Position numbers and translations under genes: made by a program. A stretch of DNA of 63,927 bases, filler included, from Pseudomonadota bacterium (GTDB taxonomy: Bacteria; Desulfobacterota; Desulfobacteria; Desulfobacterales; JBDRRP01), in the NCBI GenBank assembly GCA_043825735.1. It is 7 parts of 7 records of this genome, joined end to end, with 100 filler letters (N's around TTAATTAATTAA, not from the genome) between each part and the next. Parts side by side here need not be neighbours in the genome. Positions count along the whole stretch, not along the records: positions 1 to 6,874 come from JBDRRP010000010.1; positions 6,975 to 28,611 come from JBDRRP010000012.1; 5 more parts are not named here. One strand, given 5' to 3'. This document shows, one piece after another, positions 1-9,900 of this stretch. How positions within the stretch are numbered: position 1 is the stretch's first letter; every line of letters starts with the position of its first letter. The notes beneath the pieces were generated by a model that was given only the letters and a program-made list of their open reading frames with translations, was not told the DNA's origin and made no database searches.

Positions 1-260
1 TTCGGCCGGCAGCAGATCCGAGCGGCATATTAGCGGTGAGATCAAAACGCAGATACACTGCAGGCGCCCCTAAGTCTTTCGGTCCGCAGACGTAATTGGC
101 TGTTTTCTTAGTTGCTTTTCACTCGACCCCTCGACCCCTTGCCGCTGTTAAGCCGTATCGGCGCAACCCTCGGACCCTATTCATCGACCAACTCTTTGGG
201 AGATGATCCAATATTTAATATGTGACCCCATTTTCCCATTTCAGTTTGCCGGTGTGTGTC

Positions 261-1421
261 CTATTCAATCTCGAGCGATGCAATCGATCGCCAAGGCAGG
301 GTTTGAATGCCGTTTCGTTTCCCTTCCACATCACCACCGTAAACCAGAAAGCAGTTTCTCGTCTGGTTGTAAAATTTTCTGTAGTAGTTTAGCCCCCTGA
401 AGAGGTCGCTGGCCAGCGTTTTGGTGGATTTCACCTCCACCATGTCAAGGTATGCCCCATACTCGAGAAGGATATCCACTTCGTGGCCTTTGCTGTCGCG
501 AAGAAAATACAGGTTGTCGGTCTTTCCATGGTTGAACCGTTTTTTCAGAAACTCCGAAACGATCAGGTTCTCAAACAATTCACCCCGCAGCGGATGCGCA
601 CGCACATGGTCCGGATTCTGAATCCCCAGCAAAAACGAGGCCAGCCCACTATCGATGAAATAAAGCTTGGGCGCTTTTATCAGCCGCTTCCCCATGTTTT
701 TATAATAGGGAGGAAGCAGCTTGACGATGTAGCTCGCCTCTAAAATGGACAGCCAGCTTTTGATCGTGTTGTGATTGACGCCGCAGTCATTACCCAACGA
801 TGACAGGTTCAGGATTTGCCCACACCGCGTGGCACAGATCTTCAGAAATGTTTCAAATCGGGTCAAATCCTTGATGTTGATCAACTGCCGCAAATCCCTT
901 TCAATATACGTATTGAAATAAAAGGAGAGCGCCTCCGTAGGATTGAGCTGTTGGTCATAGATACGTGGATAACAGCCAGTGTAAAGCAGCTCGTCGATGG
1001 ATTTGATGGGTTGCTCCGTGAGGATCTCACCCATGGAAAATGGCAGCAGCCGCGCGATTGCGGTCCTGCCTGCAAGAGACTGGCTGATGGTGTCAAGTAG
1101 TTCGAAATTCTGACTGCCCGTGATAATGAATTGGCCGGGCGCTTGGACCTCATCCACAATCACCTGAATGTAGGAAAGCAGTTCAGGGGCACGCTGAATT
1201 TCGTCCAGCACCGCGCCTCGTGGAAACCTGGCCAGAAATCCCTTAGGATCGGAAGAGGCATAACTGCGCTCTTCGATGCTTTCAAGGGACACATAAGGGA
1301 CTTCCGGAAAAAGCATTCGACAAAGGGTGGTCTTTCCCGACTGGCGTGGGCCGGTGATGGTGACAACCGGATATTGCTGGGCATACTGAAGAATTTTAGG
1401 GGAAATGATTCGGGGGATCAT
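261..1421 (-). CDS. AAA+ ATPase (AAA_14 + DUF4143 family)
   Basis: Walker A GPRQSGKT, Walker B LDEIQ, ITGS, PKLYFIDSGL, C-terminal EVDILL..VEVK. Start taken at MIPR; 1430 is an alternative. Confidence 0.9.
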   Translation of the reverse strand: MIPRIISPKILQYAQQYPVVTITGPRQSGKTTLCRMLFPEVPYVSLESIEERSYASSDPKGFLARFPRGAVLDEIQRAPELLSYIQVIVDEVQAPGQFIITGSQNFELLDTISQSLAGRTAIARLLPFSMGEILTEQPIKSIDELLYTGCYPRIYDQQLNPTEALSFYFNTYIERDLRQLINIKDLTRFETFLKICATRCGQILNLSSLGNDCGVNHNTIKSWLSILEASYIVKLLPPYYKNMGKRLIKAPKLYFIDSGLASFLLGIQNPDHVRAHPLRGELFENLIVSEFLKKRFNHGKTDNLYFLRDSKGHEVDILLEYGAYLDMVEVKSTKTLASDLFRGLNYYRKFYNQTRNCFLVYGGDVEGKRNGIQTLPWRSIASLEIE

Positions 1422-1557
1422 GGGTTCCATTATACAATTCTGCACAATTTGTCAATCCACATTACAATCCGTGCCATATATTTCCCTTTTCCGAGACACA
1501 CAACGTGGTTGCCAACCAGAAACCCGTGCGCGGGGTCAGGTGTTTTAGAATGTTTTA

Positions 1558-1586
1558 TTGACGTTATAACGTCACGACGCTATAAT
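1558..1586 (+). promoter_or_regulatory. sigma70 promoter of the TA operon with an overlapping palindromic operator
   Basis: TTGACG-17bp-TATAAT; perfect palindrome TGACGTTATAACGTCA at 1559-1574; AGGAGG RBS at 1598-1603. Confidence 0.85.
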
Positions 1587-1610
1587 GTCTTGAAAATAGG
1601 AGGTGGCATT

Positions 1611-1844
1611 ATGGCAACACCAGCCAAACGAGCGACAATTTATTTAGATCCGAGCATTCATAAGGCACTGAAATTGAAGTCAGTTGAAACATCTAGATCT
1701 ATTTCCGATCTTGTCAATTCAGCTGTCAGGGAAGCTCTCGCCGAGGATGCAGAGGATTTTGCAGCTTTTGATGAGAGAGCCGGCGAAACCCTGATCTCGT
1801 ACGATGAAATGGTAAAGAGGCTGAAAAAAGATGGCCGAATATGA
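1611..1844 (+). CDS. Ribbon-helix-helix/CopG-type antitoxin
   Basis: 77 aa MATPAKRATIYLD..; strong RBS; acidic C-terminus; overlaps the toxin start. Confidence 0.85.
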   Translation: MATPAKRATIYLDPSIHKALKLKSVETSRSISDLVNSAVREALAEDAEDFAAFDERAGETLISYDEMVKRLKKDGRI

Positions 1845-2088
1845 AATTTATTTTCGGGAATCGGTTTGGAAGGATTTCAAAAGAATCCCTAAAAAGGATC
1901 TTCAGAGTATTCTTAAAAGGATAAATGACTTATCTGAAGACCCACGCCCTTTTAGATGTGAGAAATTAACCGGACTTGATCGCTATCGGTTGCGTCATGG
2001 AAATTACCGTATTGTATATTCGATCCAGGACAAAGCGTTGACGCTCTGGATTGTGAAGGTTGGTCATCGAAAAAATGTATACCGCTGA
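1831..2088 (+). CDS. relE: RelE/ParE family toxin
   Basis: 85 aa with YRLRHGNYRIVYSI and KVGHRKNVY motifs. Confidence 0.88.
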   Translation: MAEYEIYFRESVWKDFKRIPKKDLQSILKRINDLSEDPRPFRCEKLTGLDRYRLRHGNYRIVYSIQDKALTLWIVKVGHRKNVYR

Positions 2089-2124
2089 AGCGAACATGCG
2101 TGTGCAATGGGCCTGCGAAAAATC

Positions 2125-2165
2125 AAAAAAGGCATTCGCGCCGTGTCCGCGCTAATGCCTTTTTT
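2125..2165. terminator. Bidirectional intrinsic terminator
   Basis: AAAAAAGGCATT..AATGCCTTTTTT hairpin between relE and the tRNA fragment. Confidence 0.75.
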
Positions 2166-2171
2166 CTTCAG

Positions 2172-2226
2172 TGGTGCCGGGGGCGGGAATCGAACCCGCA
2201 TGATCATAAGATCGCTGGATTTTGAG
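2172..2226 (-). pseudogene. 3' half of tRNA-Leu(CAA): att duplication at a genomic island boundary
   Basis: Minus strand CTCAAAATCCAGCGATCTTATGATCATGCGGGTTCGATTCCCGCCCCCGGCACCA gives anticodon loop, long variable arm, T-arm and CCA; the 5' half is absent. Confidence 0.85.
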
Positions 2227-2778
2227 ACCTCCGAAAAGCTCTCGCGGATTTCTCGAATTTTCAACAGCTTGTAATTGCGGGCATTTTTCGCCTTGTTTTT
2301 GGATTTATTTGGCTAAAACTGTAAAAGATTGACCTTGACGGGCACAAAATGGGCACAGTAGAGGCGCTGGATTAACACTCCAGCGCCCTTCACTTTTGGT
2401 CATTTTTCCAGCATAGTTCCCAGGCCCATGGGCACAGTCACCTGCCGGGGTACCCCCTGCCATGTAATCCGGCCTGAAAAAATCACGCCACTGTTCCAAT
2501 CAGTTCAAAAATGAAAGTGTGTGTGTCCGGTACGCTGTAATGGGCCGTTACGAAGTGACTATTCTGTCCGACCTTAGAAATAATCTCAATACCCCGCCCT
2601 CACGTTGATCCGCACACGCCCTGTAATCAGCCCGCCGCCATCAAAACAATCTCCAGGCAATGGCAAATCATCACAGAGAAAATCGGCGCCTAGTATATTG
2701 CGCCATAACTGGTTAGAAATAATAGAGAAACTCGTCGGATAATTGGCGGAACAACACTATTTCGAGTCCCTGTTTGAT

Positions 2779-3516
2779 TCAACCCTTTAGCGCAATCAGA
2801 TTTTCCCCCAAGCCGTGTCGAAACAGCTCAAGCCGCGGATTACCCTGCACCACTCCAACACCAAAGGCGGACAACTCGAACGGAAATAAAGCTCCGTGTA
2901 CTGCGATTTGTTGGAGAGGCATGCTGGATTCCGTTTGGGAATGTAACAGGGCTTCAACGAGCCATGCTGTCTCCGTGTTGTTTCGGGTTTTCATGGTATG
3001 GCCCTTTGTGTAAGTCCCAACCTTTGCCCCCTGCTGGAGCGCGCCGCCTTCAAAAAAGGTGCTCAGGTTATATCGAACGGAGCGGTGAACGAAATGACGA
3101 TCTCCAAAACGTTCCCGGAGCCTGACATTGACTTCACCAGCCTGGGCTTCGCCCTGGACTCGGAGCAGCCGGCCGGTTGACTCGGCAACAGCTCCAATAA
3201 AGGGATAAGCGGCGATGCACATGCCCCAGTTTAACAAAAAGGCGCTGTCGGCATCGGGACGCACGCGGAACATCTCCAATGCGGCGTCGCGGAGACCGGT
3301 GCAATAATTCGGGGGATCAAGCCAAACCCGGTTCAGGTAGACAAAAACTTTTCGTATCGTCTCTTTGCCTTGGTTATCCTCGGCAATCTTAGCTTTAAGC
3401 TGCGTCTCGATTTCCGCTGGCGAAATTTCGGCGGCTGCAAGCCGTAGCGTTTCCGTTAGCCATGAGGCCCGGACCTTTCGGTTGAAACCGATATCAAATT
3501 TGCGTCGGATGGCCAT
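2779..3516 (-). CDS. brxA: BrxA-like protein, last gene of a BREX type 3 locus
   Basis: 245 aa starting 1 nt after the pglZ stop; position fits the BREX-3 order brxHII-pglZ-brxA. Call rests mainly on context. Confidence 0.6.
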   Translation of the reverse strand: MAIRRKFDIGFNRKVRASWLTETLRLAAAEISPAEIETQLKAKIAEDNQGKETIRKVFVYLNRVWLDPPNYCTGLRDAALEMFRVRPDADSAFLLNWGMCIAAYPFIGAVAESTGRLLRVQGEAQAGEVNVRLRERFGDRHFVHRSVRYNLSTFFEGGALQQGAKVGTYTKGHTMKTRNNTETAWLVEALLHSQTESSMPLQQIAVHGALFPFELSAFGVGVVQGNPRLELFRHGLGENLIALKG

Positions 3517-3517
3517 G

Positions 3518-5521
3518 TCAGTAGAGCGCCCTCCTGCGCACAATTTCAACAAAAGGGACCATAACTTCGTCCATGCTGTCTCCACCGTGGCAGACGATGG
3601 TCAGCCCATTCTGGCTGAATGCCTTTCCAGGCGGTGAAAGCAGACAGTGGAAGTCTTTGGGCAAAGCTTGGTGGTCCCATGGTATGGTCTCTGGAAAGCT
3701 GGCCATGGCTGCAGATCGCAGTCTTGGTTCAGAGTATATCCTGCACCGCTCACCACGCTTCTCGCTCAGTGTGCCGTCCTTTAGTGCCCCGGCTCCCTGG
3801 ACCGTCACGTTACCGTGATCGGCAGATATCACCACAGTGAAATCATCAGTCAACAGCCGTTGGATCAATTCAGCAAGAAACCCCTCTTGTCCCCATGCTT
3901 TCACTTGAGAGGCCATGCCCGCGGCACCGACTTGAATGCCGTGCATGATCCGGTCAACCTTGTAGATCGTACATCCCAAAACCCGGGTCCGATGGCTTAT
4001 TTGAGCATCGAGATTGGCAATATCACCAGTGTTTCCGTGGCAAGCCCAAAAACCGACCTCATCCAACTGTAAACCTCGGTTTGACCAGAATTGCCGCCAG
4101 CCGTATTCATCCCGGTCAGTCCGGTAAATGGAATCTGTGAAATAAGCGGGAATTTTCCCCGAAAATGCGGCCTGTCGGGAAACTGGCGTAATGGTCGGTA
4201 TCCATGCCATGAGGATGTTTTCCTGCATGGTGGCACCTTGCAACGAATCTGTCATTTCCTCTTTGAGAAGCAACCATTGATCGACAGCGAGACCGTCCAC
4301 CAAAATGAAAGCAGCTCTGGAGGCTTCCTTTTCACTCAACAGGTGTGCCAGGTAGCCGGGAATGTGATGCACCATAACGGGTGTGACCGCCGGGTAGTTA
4401 TAAATGCCACGGTAGGTTGATGCCAGCCAATTGGAAAACCGGGCATTCACCGCCTCGATCAATTCAGCGTACCGACTGCCATGGGTCGGTTTGAGAGCCG
4501 GTAGGTTTTCATTCCAGACGCGCTGCATCTGGCCATACTGCTGAGCAAATGCAAGCCAAGTTGAAACGCCGGCATCGTCCGCCGGCAAGTTCTCTTGGAC
4601 AGCGTTGCAAATATCGTCAAACCGAAGGCCTCTTTCAGCTTCTTCTGTATTCTGCATACCCACCTTTACCCAGGGCCTTGCCTTTACCGCCGAGGCAACC
4701 CATTCGATGGGACTCAGGATACCCTCGTTAAACAGGTTGTCCATGTAAACGCGAATATCATCGTGTTCGAATGGCAACTTCAGGATGCCGGGGAATTTCA
4801 TGGTTCCCGGCTCAGCAACGCAATTCTTGTTCTCATCAGCAAGGGAGAAGATAAACAGCCGCCAACGCTCCTGTAAAAAATCCCAGAATGCCCCTCGGTC
4901 GGTGACAATTGCCTTCAAGGGCCAATCTTTGAATCGCCCTGTCTTTTCAAGAGTACTCAAAAAATAAGCATCCAGAAGCAGCGGGACGTGTTGCTTGCGG
5001 TAGTGGCGCTGAAGGAGCAAGCGCAGCAGATCACTTTCGGTTTTTATGACTTCTGGCACGGTCTCAAAAACATGCTTAAGGATGAACTCACGTGTCATTG
5101 CGTCACCCAGCGGCTGCTTTGCGTAACGGCTGTGTGAGCGATACAGGGCATCGAAATAGATGCGGTTAAGTTTGGATACAACCGTGTAAGAAAGATTCGG
5201 AAAAACATCCTGAAGGTGGAATGTCAATTCCCGGGCACTCTGGAGCAGGTCTGCCGGCAATTTGTCAAAATCCTGGATATCGGGATGAAATACGACCACA
5301 AGCTCCCGGTTCTCCCCGTTATCCCATGCCTCTCGAAACTGCGATTCATATGTGAACCGAAAAGCGATGGCGTCTTCGAAATAGAGGACCGTGAACCCTC
5401 GGGATGAAAGTTCGCGGAAAATTCTGTCGTCGCGAAACATTTCATCCGGATCAGCCACCACCGTAATGCGTGATATGCCAAGGACGAAAGGCTTTAATAG
5501 GTGATCACGCCAATTGTGCAT
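3518..5521 (-). CDS. pglZ: BREX-3 system phosphatase PglZ
   Basis: 667 aa; FILVDGL, IPTITPVSRQA, ISADHGN and HGGDSMDEVMVPF motifs. Confidence 0.9.
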   Translation of the reverse strand: MHNWRDHLLKPFVLGISRITVVADPDEMFRDDRIFRELSSRGFTVLYFEDAIAFRFTYESQFREAWDNGENRELVVVFHPDIQDFDKLPADLLQSARELTFHLQDVFPNLSYTVVSKLNRIYFDALYRSHSRYAKQPLGDAMTREFILKHVFETVPEVIKTESDLLRLLLQRHYRKQHVPLLLDAYFLSTLEKTGRFKDWPLKAIVTDRGAFWDFLQERWRLFIFSLADENKNCVAEPGTMKFPGILKLPFEHDDIRVYMDNLFNEGILSPIEWVASAVKARPWVKVGMQNTEEAERGLRFDDICNAVQENLPADDAGVSTWLAFAQQYGQMQRVWNENLPALKPTHGSRYAELIEAVNARFSNWLASTYRGIYNYPAVTPVMVHHIPGYLAHLLSEKEASRAAFILVDGLAVDQWLLLKEEMTDSLQGATMQENILMAWIPTITPVSRQAAFSGKIPAYFTDSIYRTDRDEYGWRQFWSNRGLQLDEVGFWACHGNTGDIANLDAQISHRTRVLGCTIYKVDRIMHGIQVGAAGMASQVKAWGQEGFLAELIQRLLTDDFTVVISADHGNVTVQGAGALKDGTLSEKRGERCRIYSEPRLRSAAMASFPETIPWDHQALPKDFHCLLSPPGKAFSQNGLTIVCHGGDSMDEVMVPFVEIVRRRALY

Positions 5522-5522
5522 G

Positions 5523-6874
5523 TCAGTTGATCCTCAAGATAGTGAGGGGAACCAACTCAGGTAATACCTGCTTCTTTTTTTCATAATCCTGTTGCCAAGC
5601 GTTTTGTTCGGCGGCGAGCAAGCGGAGCCGGTGGTTCCGGACCTCTGGAAGCCCGATTTCCGAAAGGAGCTTGCGGCGGGCACGAAAGCTGTATTCCGCT
5701 TTGTCGTTTTCCAGGTTCAATTGTGCCAAATGCCGCTGCCTGAGTTGCATAAATACCTCACGTCCCTGTTCCATGGCAGCCGCCTTGGAAGCACGAAAAG
5801 CCTCTTGGTCTTCGCCGCCAGTGACAGCGCCGTTGACCTGCCATCGATTGATATTGAGCTCCTCCCAAAGATACCGAGCTGTTGGCTGCAGCACGCGTCC
5901 ATCATCATGAACAAATACAGGCAGTATGCGTTGGCGGCGCCGGTCAGAGGTAAGCATTCCGATCTTCCAAAGTGACCAAAAGCCGTTAATTTCATCGGGA
6001 ATACCGTCAAGGGTGATACATTCGATGGGACATCCGGTAGCCTGGCGGGGCAAGCGGGTAATCACCCCTCGGACTCTCGGGTGTTCGAGCGATAGCAGTT
6101 CAACGCCAGCGGGCAAGTTCCATTGGCGCCCTGGGAAGGCGACCAAATGTGTATCCTGCTCATTCGGCCATCGAATCTGGAACGCAGCGCCATCATGTTT
6201 GAGTGACCCACCATGAGCATCGAGGTAATTCGATGTCATCGTTTCGATCCACTCCCCAATGGGCAAGTGCTGCGTCTTCATTGCGTCGGCTGTGTCCAAG
6301 GCAACCGGATCGTCGAACAAGGACTGTTGTGCCCGAGCGCGTGAAGCCTCCTCCTTAACAGTGGCCACCGCCCTTCGCACTTCATCGCTTATATGATCGG
6401 GATGAAGCAGGGCTTCCAGATAAAGTTTGTCGAAAATCGCGCCGGCTTCAATGGTGTCGAGTACATCGCCGGTTTTATCGACGCCAAACTCATCCAGAAT
6501 GATAGAGAGCTTTTCCTCCAGGACCTCTTGGACGCGGCATTCTATGGTATCTTCCAATACAAAATTCATGTCCCGAACGATCTTCGTCTGGCCGATGCGA
6601 TCTACACGACCGATGCGTTGTTCCAGCCGCATAGGGTTCCAGGGGAGATCGTAGTTGATGACAACGTGACAGAACTGGAGATTGAGGCCCTCCCCGCCGG
6701 CATCCGTGGAAATAAGGATACGGACGTCTTGAGCAAAGCGATCCTGGACATGGTTGCGCTGGTCCATGTCCATGCTCCCATTCAGGCAGACTACCGAAAA
6801 ACCTCTTACTGCCAAAAATTCGGCCAGCATCTCCTGCGTTGGAATGAATTCGGTAAATATGAGGATTTTCAGGT
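5523..6874 (-). CDS. brxHII: SNF2-type helicase BrxHII, C-terminal part (cut by contig end)
   Basis: KILIFTEF, ISTDAGGEGLNLQ, NYDLPWNPMRLEQRIGRVDRIGQ; frame open to the gap; abuts pglZ. Confidence 0.8.
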
Positions 6875-6974
6875 NNNNNNNNNNNNNNNNNNNNNNNNNN
6901 NNNNNNNNNNNNNNNNNNTTAATTAATTAANNNNNNNNNNNNNNNNNNNNNNNNNNNNNNNNNNNNNNNNNNNN
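6875..6974. other. Artificial contig linker; identical linkers at 28612-28711, 36861-36960, 47546-47645, 57420-57519 and 60461-60560
   Basis: 100-nt spacers of N with a central TTAATTAATTAA (stops in all six frames). Confidence 0.98.
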
Positions 6975-9900
6975 CGGTACTGTCGGCGTGAAAGTAAACG
7001 TACCACCGTCGGCGGTGACGGCTCCTGGCACGGCCACATCAATGCCGCGGGTGATGACGAAGCTGTCGATGACTGCCGCAGTGTCGATGCTGCCGTGGGC
7101 GTCGGACAGGGTGAAGGTAACCAGACTGGCTTCTTTCAAGACGGCACCGCTGGCCGGCACTGTACCGATCAGCACCGGCGGCACCACGTCGAGGATCTCG
7201 GGCATTGCCGCCTGGCGGATGTTGTTGCTCTCGTCGATTTCATCGACCACTGCGCCGCTGTCAGCCGTCGCCTGGATCGTATGGATGCCGATCAGCGATG
7301 TCCAGGTCTGACTGACCTGAACGCTGCCACCGGCAGCGACGGTCTGACTGACGGGCTGGGCGCCGATACCTGCGCCGTCTATCAGAAATTCTACCTGGAA
7401 GGGCACTTCCACCGGGCAGGTGCTGTTGTTTTGAATAACGGCGGTAAAAGTAATTTCCTGGCCTGCCTCGGTCGCCGGGTTTGGCGTCCAGGCGATATCG
7501 GTTACGACCAGGTCGGGTTTGAAAGCAGTGAACTGCCATACGGGTCCGGAAGTTTCCTGCCCCCGGGCATCACGGGCGACAACCCGCCAGTAATAGGTGC
7601 CGCCCTTGGTCAGATCGCCCTTCGAATAGTTCATCGTGCCGAGACTGTCTGCGATCCTGGCAATACCCGCTTCGGTGGTACCGAAATACAGGTCGTAGAC
7701 CAGCACATCATTGGGATCCGAATCACCGCCGGTCCAGGACAGGGTGACGGCGCCACCGGTCAGCGGAACGTCGGCAGCTTCGTGGGCGGGTTGGGGCGCC
7801 GAAGGTGTATTCGGCAGCGTATCAACAACAAAGGAGAAACTATACGCCTGGGTATTTCCGGCATTGTCTTTCGCGGTTAGGGCGACGGTGTAGGTGCCCC
7901 CTGACAGAGACCCGCCGGCCGGCGTAAAAGTGAACACATCATCGGACTCGATCACCGCTCCGCTTACGGCGGCGCCACCATTGGTAACGGCGATGCTGCC
8001 GATGACGGCCGCATCATCCACACTGCCGTAGCTTTCGGACAGCGTGACGACGATCTGGTTCGCCTGCTGCAAGAGGGCGCCGTCGGCCGGGTTGGTGCTT
8101 TGAAGCGCCGGGGGCGTCGTATCCAGAATGCCGGGCAGGGTTGCAGTGAGCGCATTGTTGCTTTCATCGATTTCGTTGACAGCCGCACCGCTGTCGGCCG
8201 TCGCCTGGATGGTATGAATACCGGTCACGCTCGCCCAGGCCTGGGTGAGCTGCACGCTGCCGCCTGCGGCGATGGTCTGGCTGACGGTCTGAGTGCCGAT
8301 GCCGGCACCGTCGATCAGAAATTCGATATCAAAGGGAACTTCTACCGGGCAATTCCCGCTGTTTTGCACAACGGCGGTAAAGGTCACCGCCTGACCGGCT
8401 TCGATATCGGCTGCCGGTGTCCAGGTGAGATCGGTCACGACCAGGTCGGGTTTGAAGGCGGTAAACTCCCATACGGGACCGGTAGACTCCTGCCCGTAAC
8501 TGTCACGGGCCACACTCTGCCAGTAGTAGCGGGTGCCCTGGCTGAGATCGCTCTTCGAAAAAGTCGTGGCACTGATGCTGTCGGCAACCTTGGATAGGCT
8601 CACCGCTTCAGTACCGAAATACACGTCGTAGACCACCGTATCGGTGGGGGTGGGATCGCCACCGGTCCATGAAAGGACGACCGATCCGCCGCTGAGCGGG
8701 ACTTCAACGGCCTCATGGGCCGGATCCGGTGCCGACGGAATATTGGGGGGACCGTCCACGATAAATGAGAAGCTGTAGGCCTGGGAATTTCCGGAATTGT
8801 CCCACGCGGTCAGCGTGACGGTGTAAGTGCCGGTGTCCAGCGGTTTTGAAACGGGATTGAAGGTGAATACGTCGTTGGCCTCGGTCACCTCGCCGCTCAC
8901 ACCGGCGCCGCCGGTTGTCACTGCAATGCTGCCGATGACAGCGGCGTCATCCACACTGCCGAAACTCTCGGACAGGGTGATGACGATCTGCTCCACGTCC
9001 TGCAACACGGCACCGTCTGCCGGGCTGGTGCTCAGCAGGGCAGGGGGCGTCGTATCGCGGATTTCGGGCATGGTTACCATGCGCGAGTTGTTGGTTTCGT
9101 TGACTTCATTGACTGCGCCGTATACATCGGCCGTCGCCTGGATGGTGAACAGGCCGAGCTGGCTCGCCCAGGTCTTGGTGACCTGCGCACTGGCGCCCGC
9201 GTCGATGGGCTGGCTGACGGTTGTCGTGCCGATGCTGAGACCGTCGATTGAAAAGTCCACCTGAAAGGGGACTTCTACCGGGCAACTACTGTTATTTTTG
9301 ACAACTGCGGTAAACACCACCTCGTGGCCGGCTTCAATATCGACGGCCGGCGTCCAGCTAAGATCCGTCACGACCAGGTCGGGTTTAAAGGCGGCGAATT
9401 CCCAAACGGGCCCGCCTTTCTCATGCCCAAAACTGTCACGGGCGACAATCTGCCAGAAGTATTTCGTTCCCTGGGTGAGATCGCCCTTTGAATAAGTTGA
9501 CGTGGAAATGCTGTCGGCAATCTTGAAAAGGCTCCCGGCTGCGGTCCCGAAATACACATCGTAGACCACCGTGTCGGTGGGAGTGAGATCGCCCCCGGTC
9601 CATGAAAGGACGACCGATCCGCTGCTCAGCGGGACCTCAACGGCCTCATGGGCCGGATTCGGCGCCGAGGGAATATTCGGCGGGCCGTCAACGGTAAAGG
9701 AGAAGCTGTAGACCTGGGAATTTCCGGAATCGTCCCACGCGGTCAACGTGACGGTGTAGGTGCCGGCATCCAGCGGCGAGGGGGTCGGGGAGAATGTAAA
9801 CACATCGTTGGACTCGGTCACCTCGCCGCTCACACCGGCGCCGCCGTTTGTCACGGCAATACTGCCGATGACAGCGGCATCATCCACACTGCCGTAGCTT

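Noticed and set aside
1131..1610. N-terminal extension of the 237-aa ORF
   Set aside because: It overlaps the ATPase antisense; the promoter and RBS point to the ATG at 1611.
2172..2260. Intact tRNA-Leu gene
   Set aside because: The 5' acceptor strand, D-arm and 5' anticodon stem are missing.
6875..6974. Recurrent TTAATTAATTAA motif and gene adjacency across it
   Set aside because: Artificial linker, so BREX, the giant-protein cluster and the phage genes cannot be assumed to be neighbours.
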